Shown here one piece after another: positions 29,785 to 38,776 of a stretch of DNA of 64,000 bases (the stretch's first letter is position 1; the number at the start of each line of letters is the position of its first letter). Source of the DNA: Candidatus Poriferihabitaceae bacterium (GTDB lineage: Bacteria > Pseudomonadota > Gammaproteobacteria > Arenicellales > Poriferihabitantaceae); the NCBI GenBank assembly GCA_965243285.1, contig OZ251537.1, forward strand, positions 1,161,019-1,225,018, read 5' to 3'. A program made the position numbers and the translations under genes. The notes under the pieces are model-generated. The model did no database searches. It saw only the letters and a list, made by a program, of their open reading frames with translations, and was not told where the DNA came from.

Positions 29785-30449
29785 AATCCTCTTTTTTCTA
29801 CGGCGCTCGCAGCGCCGAAGCCGCGGCAAAAATACAGGCCGCCAGCAACACTGAACCAACTTTTCTTTCCGCCATAACTGCCCACAGCCCGCGCGCGGTG
29901 GGCGATGCTACGCAATCGCTGGTGGAGAAAAAATTTGAGTCCATCATCGGCGATTGGTGTGCTGAATATTCATCATCATTCGCGCGCCGAGCAATGGCCG
30001 ATTTGGGTTTGAGGATAAGCCAAGATTTTTATTGCATAGTTGATGTGAAAACCCATCGACTTGACACTACATTCAACATGCCTGCGCTCGTTTCGGTCAA
30101 GCGATTAGCGCGTTTTTATGAAGATGACATGAATGTATTTTCTATTCTCATGATCAAGTACGAAATAATTGATAACCGCATGCAAGTTAATGAAGTTATT
30201 TTTCTGCCTATAGAGTTTTTGGATTGGAGTTGTCTCACAGTAGGGGCGCTTGGGTGGGGGCAAATACAAATCGCCAATTCCAACAACATTGTTATTCGTC
30301 ACGGTCAATCTAGAAAAACCTGGATGCTTTCTTTGTGTGATGTATTGCAAGAATTTTACCCAAAAGAAATTTTGAAAATCACCGAGCGAGTAAATGAATT
30401 CAACAAAGTTAAATCGTATTGGCATAACAAGCCCGACCTTTGGACTTGA
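29781..30449 (+). CDS. Putative Type II restriction endonuclease, cassette 2
   Basis: ATGA overlap with the methylase stop. Possible PD-(D/E)xK core (...ADL...CIVDVKTH...). AT-rich. No other recognisable family. Confidence 0.55.
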   Translation: MKSSFFYGARSAEAAAKIQAASNTEPTFLSAITAHSPRAVGDATQSLVEKKFESIIGDWCAEYSSSFARRAMADLGLRISQDFYCIVDVKTHRLDTTFNMPALVSVKRLARFYEDDMNVFSILMIKYEIIDNRMQVNEVIFLPIEFLDWSCLTVGALGWGQIQIANSNNIVIRHGQSRKTWMLSLCDVLQEFYPKEILKITERVNEFNKVKSYWHNKPDLWT

Positions 30450-30461
30450 TGCGCAAATCAC

Positions 30462-30932
30462 ATGCGCGCTTGCAATCCCCGCCCACCACAAACCACCAAA
30501 GCCATGTCAACCTCCCCCACCTCCCCCACCCAATATCTTATTCGCGCTGATGGCGATTCCATCGTGAGTTATTTGTATTATGTGACCGACCCCTACCATG
30601 AGCATGATATTGAGTACTGCTGGGGCACGCATCACACCTATGGGTTTTTATACGCCAGCGAAGCCGAAGCGGCGGCCGATTTAGCCGGCCTGCCGCAACA
30701 CGCGCACCCGAAAGTGATTACCTATGAGCAAGCGGCGGCCGAACACATCGGCGAGGCAGCTAATTTTCCATTCAACATAAAATCCATGCTCACTGACGAA
30801 GAACATGCCGAACGCGTGCGTCGCGATATCAGCGGCGAACCCGACCCCGAGGATGAAGATTATGACTATGACGGGGATTTTGAAGAACCCTATGAGGAAG
30901 ACCTCACCCGCCAGAAAAGTTTTTTGGATTAA
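30462..30932 (+). CDS. Hypothetical protein with strongly acidic C-terminus
   Basis: The tail ...GEPDPEDEDYDYDGDFEEPYEEDL... follows the R gene. The start could also be MSTSPTSP at 30504. Confidence 0.45.
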   Translation: MRACNPRPPQTTKAMSTSPTSPTQYLIRADGDSIVSYLYYVTDPYHEHDIEYCWGTHHTYGFLYASEAEAAADLAGLPQHAHPKVITYEQAAAEHIGEAANFPFNIKSMLTDEEHAERVRRDISGEPDPEDEDYDYDGDFEEPYEEDLTRQKSFLD

Positions 30933-31042
30933 TATTGTGTTGGGTTACTATTGTTTCGATGAACTTATCAACCCCTCTACCATCATGTTATTAAACCTGG
31001 TCTACATTAATCGGCGCTAACCACACCCCACTCTAATCTTCC

Positions 31043-31663
31043 ATGACCTTCTTCGAATTCACCTTTTATTTTTTCGCCGGCGCCTTGGTGTTTGCCGCCG
31101 CCATGGTGGTCACGGTGCGCAATCCGGTCAAGGCGGCGCTATTTTTGGTGCTGGCGTTTTTCAGCGCCGCATGCGTATGGCTCACCCTGCAGGCGGAATT
31201 CCTCGCCATCGTGTTGGTGTTGGTTTATGTCGGCGCGGTGATGGTGTTATTTTTATTCGTGGTGATGATGTTAGACACCAACCTGGCCGAATTGCGCGCC
31301 GGCTTCACCCGCTACCTGCCGGTGGGCAGCGTGGTGGCCACGCTGCTGGTGTTAGAAATCGTGATGGTGTTAGTGCGCTCGTTTTCGCCAGCGCGCTTCG
31401 CCGCCCCGCCGCCCATCGCCGCCGACCACAGCAACACCCGCGAACTCGGCGAGCAACTCTACACCACCTATATTTACCCGTTTGAAATCGCCGCCATCAT
31501 CTTGTTAGTGGCCATCATCGCCGCCATCGCCTTGACCATGCGCCCGCGCGCCGACAGCAAACGCATAGACCCCGGCGCCCAAGTCCGCACCCGCCGCGAA
31601 GAGCGCGTGCGCTTGGTCAATATGGCCTCCGCCAACCGCGCGAAAAAACGCCCGCGCCGCTGA
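31043..31663 (+). CDS. nuoJ: NADH-quinone oxidoreductase subunit J
   Basis: ...VRNPVKAALFLVLAFFSAACVWLTLQAEFLAIVLVLVYVGAVMVLFLFVVMML... Confidence 0.95.
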   Translation: MTFFEFTFYFFAGALVFAAAMVVTVRNPVKAALFLVLAFFSAACVWLTLQAEFLAIVLVLVYVGAVMVLFLFVVMMLDTNLAELRAGFTRYLPVGSVVATLLVLEIVMVLVRSFSPARFAAPPPIAADHSNTRELGEQLYTTYIYPFEIAAIILLVAIIAAIALTMRPRADSKRIDPGAQVRTRREERVRLVNMASANRAKKRPRR

Positions 31664-31820
31664 TTTGTGCGGCTGACTTGTAGCCAATCTGCAGCCAACT
31701 CGCCACTAATTCGCCGCTGATTTATATCGCAATTTATGTCGCTAATCGCCGTTAATTTGTGCCGCTAATCCATTGCCAACTCGTCGCTAATCCCGCCGTC
31801 AACTCGCGCCCCGCCCACCC

Positions 31821-32126
31821 ATGATTCCTCTGTCTTATTATCTCGCCCTCGGCGCGGCGCTGTTCGCCATCAGCGTGGTGGGGATTTTTCTCAACCGCAA
31901 AAATGTGGTCATCTTATTGATGTCGCTGGAGTTGCTGCTGTTAGCGGTGAATATGAATTTCGTCGCCTTCTCGCATTTTTTAGCCGACCCGGCCGGGCAA
32001 ATATTTGTGTTTTTTATCCTAACCGTGGCCGCCGCCGAAGCCGCCATCGGCCTCGCCATCCTCATCGTGCTATTCCGCAGCCGCCGCACCATCAATGTGG
32101 AAGAACTCGATTCGCTTAAAGGGTAA
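31821..32126 (+). CDS. nuoK: NADH-quinone oxidoreductase subunit K
   Basis: ...[18 protein letters not shown]...[23 protein letters not shown]... Confidence 0.95.
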   Translation: MIPLSYYLALGAALFAISVVGIFLNRKNVVILLMSLELLLLAVNMNFVAFSHFLADPAGQIFVFFILTVAAAEAAIGLAILIVLFRSRRTINVEELDSLKG

Positions 32127-32128
32127 TG
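32089..32128 (+). repeat. Direct repeat copy 1 (nuoK 3' end, att-like)
   Basis: CCATCAATGTGGAAGAACTCGATTCG is identical (26/26) to 37293-37318. The similarity continues through the stop codon with 2 mismatches and a 1-nt indel. Confidence 0.9.
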
Positions 32129-32136
32129 GAGTGGTC

Positions 32137-33465
32137 GTGAAACCGCCTGTGAAGTCGCCCCTAAAATCGCCTGTGGCATTGCCTATGGTGGCGACAAACA
32201 CGCCGCGCATCGTCAAGTTTTCCGGCGGGCGTTCTTCCGGTATGATGTTGATGGAATTGTTGCAAGGCGGGAAACTCGAGCCGAAGCGTGGCGATGTCAT
32301 CGTGTTTAACAACACTTCTGCGGAACACCCCGCCACCTATGAGTTCACCCGCCGCATGAAATCATTAGCCGAGGAAAAATATAACATTCCATTTTTTTGG
32401 GTCGAATATCAAACCTATGAAGACGCCGGCAAGCACGGCTGGCAGCGCTTGCCGAGCTATCGGTTGGTGAACCATACGCCGTATAGCAAAAAAAATATTC
32501 ATGGCTATCGCCGCAAAGGCGAAGTGTTTGAGGAATTAATTTCCGCGTCCGGTTATCTGCCGAACATGCAACGCCGCACCTGCACCCACGCATTAAAAAT
32601 CTTCATCACCAATTCATTTTTGGCGGATTGGCTGGCGCAAAAAAGCGGCATCGAGCGCATGGGCCATTTTGGAGACGCATCCAGACTCACCGATGCAACA
32701 CTTATCGAAGCGCATCAAAAAAATGGCGGTGGCGTGCCGCCAAATATACTAATCAAGAAACGGCAATTCGCCCGTGGGATGCCATTCATCCGCCCGGCGG
32801 CGATGTGGCAAGATTTCACCGCTGCGCGCTTGTGTTTTCGCAATAATGAAATCAAACACTGCGTGAGTGGCCGCAAAGGGCGGCTATTTGGCACTCGCGC
32901 TATTTCCTATGTTTCCTATCTCGGCATTCGCAAAGATGAAGAGATTCGCATGGTCAAAATACAAGATAGAATACACGCCGCCGCCACCGCCCGTGGCGGC
33001 TCTATGTTCGGCCAGCCGCCGGGTGAACAAGTGTTAGCGCCCCTGGTCGATAACAAAACAACCAAACTGCAGGTGGCAGAATACTGGCGCCGCCAACCCT
33101 TTAATTTGCGCCTGCCCGAGAGCGGCGACTTCTCCAACTGCGTATACTGCCCACTCAAGGGCAAAACCAAATTACTACAAATCGCCAAACAAGAATCAAG
33201 CGGCAAAATAAACGCCCGTGGCACCCCCGCATCTATCAACTGGTGGGTAAAAATGGAACAAAAATATAGCCGCAATTTGGTGGATGAAAAACGCACAGTC
33301 AAATCATCGAATAAAATCAAGTACATCGGGTTTTTCGGCGCCTCCCAGAAGCACGTTTACGCTGGCATCAAAAAACAAACCCAAAAGACCAACTCGCCGA
33401 CCGATGCATTAAAAGCCGAGTTTTTAGAAGATGAAAATTACATTCCATGCAACTGCACGGATTGA
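32137..33465 (+). CDS. PP-loop ATP pyrophosphatase of the PAPS-reductase/DndC-like family
   Basis: KFSGGRSSG (PP-loop SGGxxS), ...RRTCTHALKI..., YLGIRKDEEIRM, APLVD...VAEYW, and the C-terminal cysteines CVYCPLKG / CNC. Start chosen at GTG 32137 (GGAG 5 nt upstream). ATG 32185 and ATG 32095 (inside nuoK) are alternatives. Confidence 0.75.
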   Translation: MKPPVKSPLKSPVALPMVATNTPRIVKFSGGRSSGMMLMELLQGGKLEPKRGDVIVFNNTSAEHPATYEFTRRMKSLAEEKYNIPFFWVEYQTYEDAGKHGWQRLPSYRLVNHTPYSKKNIHGYRRKGEVFEELISASGYLPNMQRRTCTHALKIFITNSFLADWLAQKSGIERMGHFGDASRLTDATLIEAHQKNGGGVPPNILIKKRQFARGMPFIRPAAMWQDFTAARLCFRNNEIKHCVSGRKGRLFGTRAISYVSYLGIRKDEEIRMVKIQDRIHAAATARGGSMFGQPPGEQVLAPLVDNKTTKLQVAEYWRRQPFNLRLPESGDFSNCVYCPLKGKTKLLQIAKQESSGKINARGTPASINWWVKMEQKYSRNLVDEKRTVKSSNKIKYIGFFGASQKHVYAGIKKQTQKTNSPTDALKAEFLEDENYIPCNCTD

Positions 33466-33513
33466 TTTTTATCCTGATCACCCCACCCAACGACCCACAT
33501 CACAACTTAAATC

Positions 33514-35397
33514 ATGTCAGTACTATATTTTAGATTAGGCCCAATGGACGGTTTCACTGCTATGGATTCTGCCGATAAAAAAGGGGGGTTTGCCACCCCG
33601 ATTCGCGAGTTGTTGCAAAACAGTATAGACGCCGTCCGTGAAACCGGTGAAAAGTCATGCAAAATCAACATCTATCTTGAAAATATTGCCACAGATAGAA
33701 TTCCCCACCTAGATGAGTACAAAAAAGTACTGCAACAAGCCATAACAACAGCGAAAAACCGTAGCGAAACTAATGACGATGGAAGTTTTAACGCCAGTAC
33801 GGCGCAACAAGTGGAGGCCATAAAAGGTGCGCTGGCTAACAAAGAACAACCCATGTTGCTTTTTTCCGATAACGGCGTCGGTATGCCGCCCAACCGCCTA
33901 AACGCCATGTTTTTACGTGGCGTGAGCATCAAGCGCGATGAAGGGTCGGTCGGCTCTAGGGGTGTTGGGCATTTATCAAGCTATGCACTATCTGCGTTGC
34001 GTTATGTTTTATATGCCACCAAATATATAGACAACGGCCGTACACAAACGCTGTTCACGGGTTCGCCGATTTTGGCTGGCCATAAAGATGAATTTGGCTT
34101 CGACCGAGGTAAGCAAGGGTGCATCCTCCGTAATAAACCTGAAGAAGAAAAGTCACCTGAATTTAACTACCCTGCCACCACCCCGTCTGGCATGGAATTT
34201 ATCGCCGACAAAATACAGTCGTTAGACCACGGTACTTTGGTATGCATATTGGGGCTAAATAATGCGTGGGATGAAGATGCCGAATACGTCATCGTCAGCA
34301 ACTATTTCCATGCCATCAAGTACGCCGGCTTAGATGTGACTATCCATAAAGATCACGACAGTAAAACCATATCTTGCACCGATATCGATAAATTGGTGGC
34401 GGGCCGTAAAGATCAACCCAACAAGCAAGGAGATGCAATATTGTCTGGCAAAGCCGTACATCAAGCTTGGCTGGCAGTTAAGGAAGACAAAAACCGTCAC
34501 GAAATTATCTTAGATGACCACAATAAGGTAGACGTTTTCATAAAAACAGACTCCGATGCGGACACCACCATTGTTTTGGTCCGCAGTGGCATGGTTGTCG
34601 CTCGCCATGATTGCATGTTGTCAAATCACATGATGCAATTACGAAACAATACTAAATTCGAGCCGTTCACTGCGGTTATCAATGTTACCGTCCATGATGC
34701 GAAACCGTTGTTTGAGTTGGTAAAAGGATCTGAAAGCGCCTATCACAATAAACTGGAAGCATCCGAGATTAGCAAAGTCAAGAAAAATGAATTAAGAGGT
34801 TTGCTGAAAGATCTCAGCGAGAAAATTAAACTACATTTAGTTCCTGTTAATCGCAAATCTTTTGATTTTCCGATGTTTCGGGTACACAACCGCGAGCAGG
34901 CGCACACCACCGGCACCGGTAGTGGTGCGGGGCAAAGCATCATTGCCACGCCCACTCGTCGACCGCGTGACCCTCGACATGGTCAGCGCACCAAACAAAA
35001 AACTTCAGGGCGTCTGGTGCCGACTATCCCGAACCGCAATTTATCAGTTAAAGCCGCTTCTCGATATACTGACATCGGCGATAAATGGATTGTTCGTTTG
35101 AATGTCACGATGCCCGCCGACAAAAAATCTAACGACGATGTTTATCTGTTTTTCTCATTGAACGAAGACACCGACGGTGCATCAAATCTAACCCCTTTGT
35201 CTCTTGGGAAAGTCACAGTGAATAGCAAAGACATGGGGAAAATCGCCCCAGCAACGCCCCTTGAACTAACTGGTTTGCATGCAGGCCAACTCACCGAAAT
35301 CGAAGCTGAAGTGATGAAGCCCGCAGGCATTGGCAATATGAAAACCGCCCTGATGTCAACTTTTCGCTTAAAAAAACGCGAACTCAAAAAGGTGTGA
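33514..35397 (+). CDS. GHKL (Bergerat-fold, MORC/Hsp90/MutL-like) ATPase with large uncharacterised C-terminal region
   Basis: N box IRELLQNSIDA, G1 box FSDNGVGM, G2 box GSVGSRGVGHLS. Confidence 0.75.
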   Translation: MSVLYFRLGPMDGFTAMDSADKKGGFATPIRELLQNSIDAVRETGEKSCKINIYLENIATDRIPHLDEYKKVLQQAITTAKNRSETNDDGSFNASTAQQVEAIKGALANKEQPMLLFSDNGVGMPPNRLNAMFLRGVSIKRDEGSVGSRGVGHLSSYALSALRYVLYATKYIDNGRTQTLFTGSPILAGHKDEFGFDRGKQGCILRNKPEEEKSPEFNYPATTPSGMEFIADKIQSLDHGTLVCILGLNNAWDEDAEYVIVSNYFHAIKYAGLDVTIHKDHDSKTISCTDIDKLVAGRKDQPNKQGDAILSGKAVHQAWLAVKEDKNRHEIILDDHNKVDVFIKTDSDADTTIVLVRSGMVVARHDCMLSNHMMQLRNNTKFEPFTAVINVTVHDAKPLFELVKGSESAYHNKLEASEISKVKKNELRGLLKDLSEKIKLHLVPVNRKSFDFPMFRVHNREQAHTTGTGSGAGQSIIATPTRRPRDPRHGQRTKQKTSGRLVPTIPNRNLSVKAASRYTDIGDKWIVRLNVTMPADKKSNDDVYLFFSLNEDTDGASNLTPLSLGKVTVNSKDMGKIAPATPLELTGLHAGQLTEIEAEVMKPAGIGNMKTALMSTFRLKKRELKKV

Positions 35398-35401
35398 GAC
35401 C

Positions 35402-36286
35402 ATGTCCGAGAAACTAATTTTAGATTTCCCCGTCCTGAATATCGACAGCGGCGATTTTAATGAATGTGTAAATTATAAAGTCACCGCCGTGCGAGACGAT
35501 AAAAATATTAACATAACGCACACGTTAAGCGGCGCATCTTTCATACAAAATTTGGTAAAAGATAAGCGCGCAGTTTTTTCGGTTCTATTGGTTTATCAAA
35601 ATAGCTCAGAGCGGCAGATATGTCTATGCAAAAATTTTGAACTCGCCGGCGATTCGATAATCGCCATCCAAACCATACCGTTGAAATTTTCCTATGCGCC
35701 GAAAATAAAGCCGAGCATCGTGCTAAAGGAGTCACAAACTATCGTAGTAGACTACGCTGCGGGCTTGACCGGTTTTTGGCAACATGGTGAGCGTTTTGAT
35801 GTTCCCGCATTGGCGCGCCTCGCTGTCGGCGAGGTGTTGCAATTTTCGGACGGCGGCTTATCGTCATTAATGAGGATCGAACTCGATACAAACTTGTCCG
35901 AAGGCGAAATGAAAACTATCGTTTATGAGCAAGCCGGCGAAGGCGACATACCGGTGACTTTGCTCTGCGGGGAAGGCGTGTTTTCGCATCTACAATCAGT
36001 CACAGGAAAAAAACCACCCACCAACCCCGTCGAAGCCGCACGCTCCGCCATCATTACCCAAGCACTATGCGCAGTGTATGCCTACATGTACAAACTATCC
36101 GCCAAAGAACAAAAATCATCCACCGAGGAAAAATCGGGCGGCGTGTTAAATGCTCACTTGGATAGCATGATTGAAAAAAATCCGTCTTTGAATTGGAATA
36201 ATGAAAATTTTGACCCGAGTTGGGCGGCCACCGTGATGAATCCTTATGCGGTGCGTGCTATCGCCATGGAGATGAACAATGATTGA
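35402..36286 (+). CDS. Hypothetical protein (cassette gene 3, no recognisable motif)
   Basis: Starts 4 nt after the GHKL gene stop. 294 aa. Codon usage resembles its neighbours. Confidence 0.6.
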   Translation: MSEKLILDFPVLNIDSGDFNECVNYKVTAVRDDKNINITHTLSGASFIQNLVKDKRAVFSVLLVYQNSSERQICLCKNFELAGDSIIAIQTIPLKFSYAPKIKPSIVLKESQTIVVDYAAGLTGFWQHGERFDVPALARLAVGEVLQFSDGGLSSLMRIELDTNLSEGEMKTIVYEQAGEGDIPVTLLCGEGVFSHLQSVTGKKPPTNPVEAARSAIITQALCAVYAYMYKLSAKEQKSSTEEKSGGVLNAHLDSMIEKNPSLNWNNENFDPSWAATVMNPYAVRAIAMEMNND

Positions 36287-37268
36287 GTATCAAAAATTTG
36301 ACGAGGCGAAGTGGTTGGCTTTTGGCAAAAGGTTATTACCCACTGTCGCCAAACTAAACTTATCCAGTGAGCAAGTAGAGTTTTTGGAGGCATGTCGAGA
36401 TGGTCAAGCGGCTTTTTTGGATTATTTGGACACCCATTTTCTCTATGAAAAAGGGGCTGTCGTTGGCCAAAAAGTTGTGCCTTTTCGGTACAAATTCAGT
36501 GAAAATGAATTTTTCCTGATCAGCACCAAAGATACCCAAAAAATTATCTGGGATGGCTTCAAGGCGGTGGATGAGGAAACCAAATTTTCATGCGGATTTT
36601 GGGGCTATATCATCGTAGAAATGCTGAAAAACGGTGCCATCGAAAAACCCAGCGATTTAGCATCCACCAAAAACATGACTGGGCATGCGCACATAGATGA
36701 TGCACTCGCCGGCACCCCGAAAAATGTAGACGACTGCGTTAGAAGAATTTTACGCTCCATGTGCAATTCGAAAGCAAGGGGGCATCGAATTATTTTCTAT
36801 GATTTTCCTTTGGGGAGAACTTATTGGCGATGGCATTGGGCGCATAAGATGGCTGGGTATGAAATGCCCGTGGATGAGTTATCTGCGCATGGACTGTCCA
36901 TACATGATAAGAGCGCTGATATTAACTTAGATTTTGCACAAGTGTTGGCGGCATTGGATATGTCTAATTATCGAGTATTTGCTGAAAAAATGCATACCGG
37001 AAGAAGTTTTATCAGCGCCCCGAACATCCTCGGTGGGCTGTTACTATTTTTGGCGCATTCTGATAAGTCGAATAAGGTTAACAACATCGGCATCATCATC
37101 GACCGATTGGCTTATTTGAGTTCATGGAAGGCTATCGAGTTGCAATCGCCGGCCGATAATCAACTCGAGATAGAAGCCATCGCCGACAACCTCGCCGCCC
37201 ATCCGCCCACCAAACAGCCCATCAAACCCGCCACCGAACAATCCGCCGCCGGCTCCACCCGACCCTAG
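36279..37268 (+). CDS. Hypothetical protein (cassette gene 4, no recognisable motif)
   Basis: 8-nt overlap with gene 3 (ATGATTGA). 329 aa. Pro/Ala-rich tail. Confidence 0.6.
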   Translation: MIEYQKFDEAKWLAFGKRLLPTVAKLNLSSEQVEFLEACRDGQAAFLDYLDTHFLYEKGAVVGQKVVPFRYKFSENEFFLISTKDTQKIIWDGFKAVDEETKFSCGFWGYIIVEMLKNGAIEKPSDLASTKNMTGHAHIDDALAGTPKNVDDCVRRILRSMCNSKARGHRIIFYDFPLGRTYWRWHWAHKMAGYEMPVDELSAHGLSIHDKSADINLDFAQVLAALDMSNYRVFAEKMHTGRSFISAPNILGGLLLFLAHSDKSNKVNNIGIIIDRLAYLSSWKAIELQSPADNQLEIEAIADNLAAHPPTKQPIKPATEQSAAGSTRP

Positions 37269-37292
37269 CCTCGTCGCCCTATTCCCAGCCGC

Positions 37293-37331
37293 CCATCAAT
37301 GTGGAAGAACTCGATTCGTTGAAGGGTGATG
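37293..37331 (+). repeat. Direct repeat copy 2 (displaced nuoK 3' end)
   Basis: Encodes ..INVEELDS.. as nuoK does. A 1-nt deletion puts the homologous stop (TGA versus TAA) out of frame. Confidence 0.9.
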
Positions 37332-37350
37332 TTGATTTTCTCTCCGCTCC

Positions 37351-37419
37351 GCTTTCGCTTTTCGCTGCTACGCTTCACCCTCCCCGCTTAACCTGGATAA
37401 ATTAAGTCAAAACTGACTT
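37351..37419 (+). repeat. Decayed copy of the class II two-hairpin module
   Basis: cgcttttcgctgctacgcttcaccctccccgctta...aagtcaaaactgactt aligns with 47853-47910 of copy C (cgcttttcgctgttacgctttactccccccgcttta...gagtcaaaactggcgg). Confidence 0.55.
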
Positions 37420-37714
37420 ATTCCGACCAGCGCGCTTAAACCTCGCATGGATTTCCCTAAATCCTTAGTCCATCACCCCAAAACAAACCCCCCATAAATC
37501 CCCCATAAACCCACGCAAACACGCCATTCCACCTAAAATTCCCCTCAATCACCCAAAATTTCCCTCCCAACCCTCATAAAAGTGCATAATCCGCCGCCGC
37601 AAACTCCCGAGCCACCACGGACGCCGCCAGCGGCAAATTCGGCTGGGTGATAATGATGTATCAAAACACCCGCAACGAAAAAGGGCCAGAATCATCCCCG
37701 CTGATGATGTCTAT

Positions 37715-37773
37715 TGTCAATTAATCGACATCTTTATCGCCGTCCGTTGACAAGCAAACGGGGAGTGTATAAT
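37715..37773 (+). promoter_or_regulatory. Sigma70-like promoter with upstream near-palindrome for R-M cassette 3
   Basis: TTGACA (37747-37752) and TATAAT (37768-37773) with a 15-nt spacer, 37 nt before ATG 37811. The near-palindrome TGTCAATT/AATCGACA at 37715-37730 shares the TTGACA half-site. Confidence 0.45.
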
Positions 37774-37810
37774 ATTAAAACTTCGCCTAAACAAACAACC
37801 AATTCCCACA

Positions 37811-38776
37811 ATGAACAATCCCGACTTAAACGAGTCAAGTGCTGAAGACTCCAGCAACCACGTTCCAGCGAAACACAGTTTTGCGGTGCGTAGCGGCAAA
37901 AAAGTGTATGAAGGATTCAACGCAGAACGCAAGGTTCGCAACCGCAAAGCGAAAGAGCAAAAGCGTTTGGGCTATGAGGCGTTTAGCAAAGATTTTCCGA
38001 ATGAAAATCATCCACTGCCGCAAAAATTCACCGACAAAATTATCACCGGCGATAGTGCGCAAGTATTAAAAAAACTGCCCGCCAATTGCATTGACTTAGT
38101 GATGACTTCGCCGCCGTATAATTTCGGCTTAGACTATAGCGAACATGTTGACACCGATACTTGGCATGCTTATTTTGATAAACTTTTCTTGGTATTTGCT
38201 GAGTGCATTCGTGTCGTAAAACATGGCGGGCGAATCATCGTTAATGTCTCGCCACTATTTTCAGATTACATTCCCACGCATCATTTTGTTAGCAAGTTTT
38301 TTATTGATCAAGGGTTGATTTGGAAAGGTGAAATTTTGTGGGAAAAAAATAACTACAACTGTAAATACACCGCTTGGGGCAGTTGGAAAAGCCCGTCCAG
38401 CCCATACCTTAAATACACATGGGAATTCTTAGAAATTTTTTGCAAGGGTGATTTAAAGAAACCCGGCGAGCGTGCCAACATCGACATTACCGATGATGAG
38501 TTTAAAAAGTGGGTGAATGCCAAATGGTCGATTGCCCCCGAACACAAAATGAAAAAATACGGTCACCCGGCCATGTTTCCAGAGAAATTGGTGATGCAAG
38601 CGTTGAAATTGTTTAGTTTTCAAGGCGACATTGTGCTGGACCCTTTCAATGGAGCAGGCACAACGACTTCGGTTGCGCATCAATTCCAACGGAAATATCT
38701 TGGCATCGATACATCATCTGAGTATTGCAAAATCGCTGAAAACAGAATTATCGATAACGGAGGAATTTTTAAATGA
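37811..38776 (+). CDS. Beta-class DNA methyltransferase (SPPY motif; N4-cytosine or N6-adenine), cassette 3
   Basis: MTSPPYN, HPAMFPEKL, DPFNGAGTT. Long basic N-terminal extension. Confidence 0.85.
   Translation: MNNPDLNESSAEDSSNHVPAKHSFAVRSGKKVYEGFNAERKVRNRKAKEQKRLGYEAFSKDFPNENHPLPQKFTDKIITGDSAQVLKKLPANCIDLVMTSPPYNFGLDYSEHVDTDTWHAYFDKLFLVFAECIRVVKHGGRIIVNVSPLFSDYIPTHHFVSKFFIDQGLIWKGEILWEKNNYNCKYTAWGSWKSPSSPYLKYTWEFLEIFCKGDLKKPGERANIDITDDEFKKWVNAKWSIAPEHKMKKYGHPAMFPEKLVMQALKLFSFQGDIVLDPFNGAGTTTSVAHQFQRKYLGIDTSSEYCKIAENRIIDNGGIFK

Larger units (their letters stand above)
32089..37331 (+). mobile_element. ~5.2-kb inserted 4-gene cassette bracketed by the nuoK 3'-end duplication
   Basis: Direct repeats at both ends, AT-richer content than nuo, four tightly packed co-oriented genes, no recombinase inside. 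Confidence 0.6.

Noticed and set aside
32095-32136. ATG at 32095 as the start of the PP-loop gene (32-nt overlap with nuoK)
   Set aside because: It falls inside the nuoK-derived direct repeat. A GTG with a GGAG 5 nt upstream (32137) or the ATG at 32185, closer to the PP-loop, are more credible. Not fully excluded.
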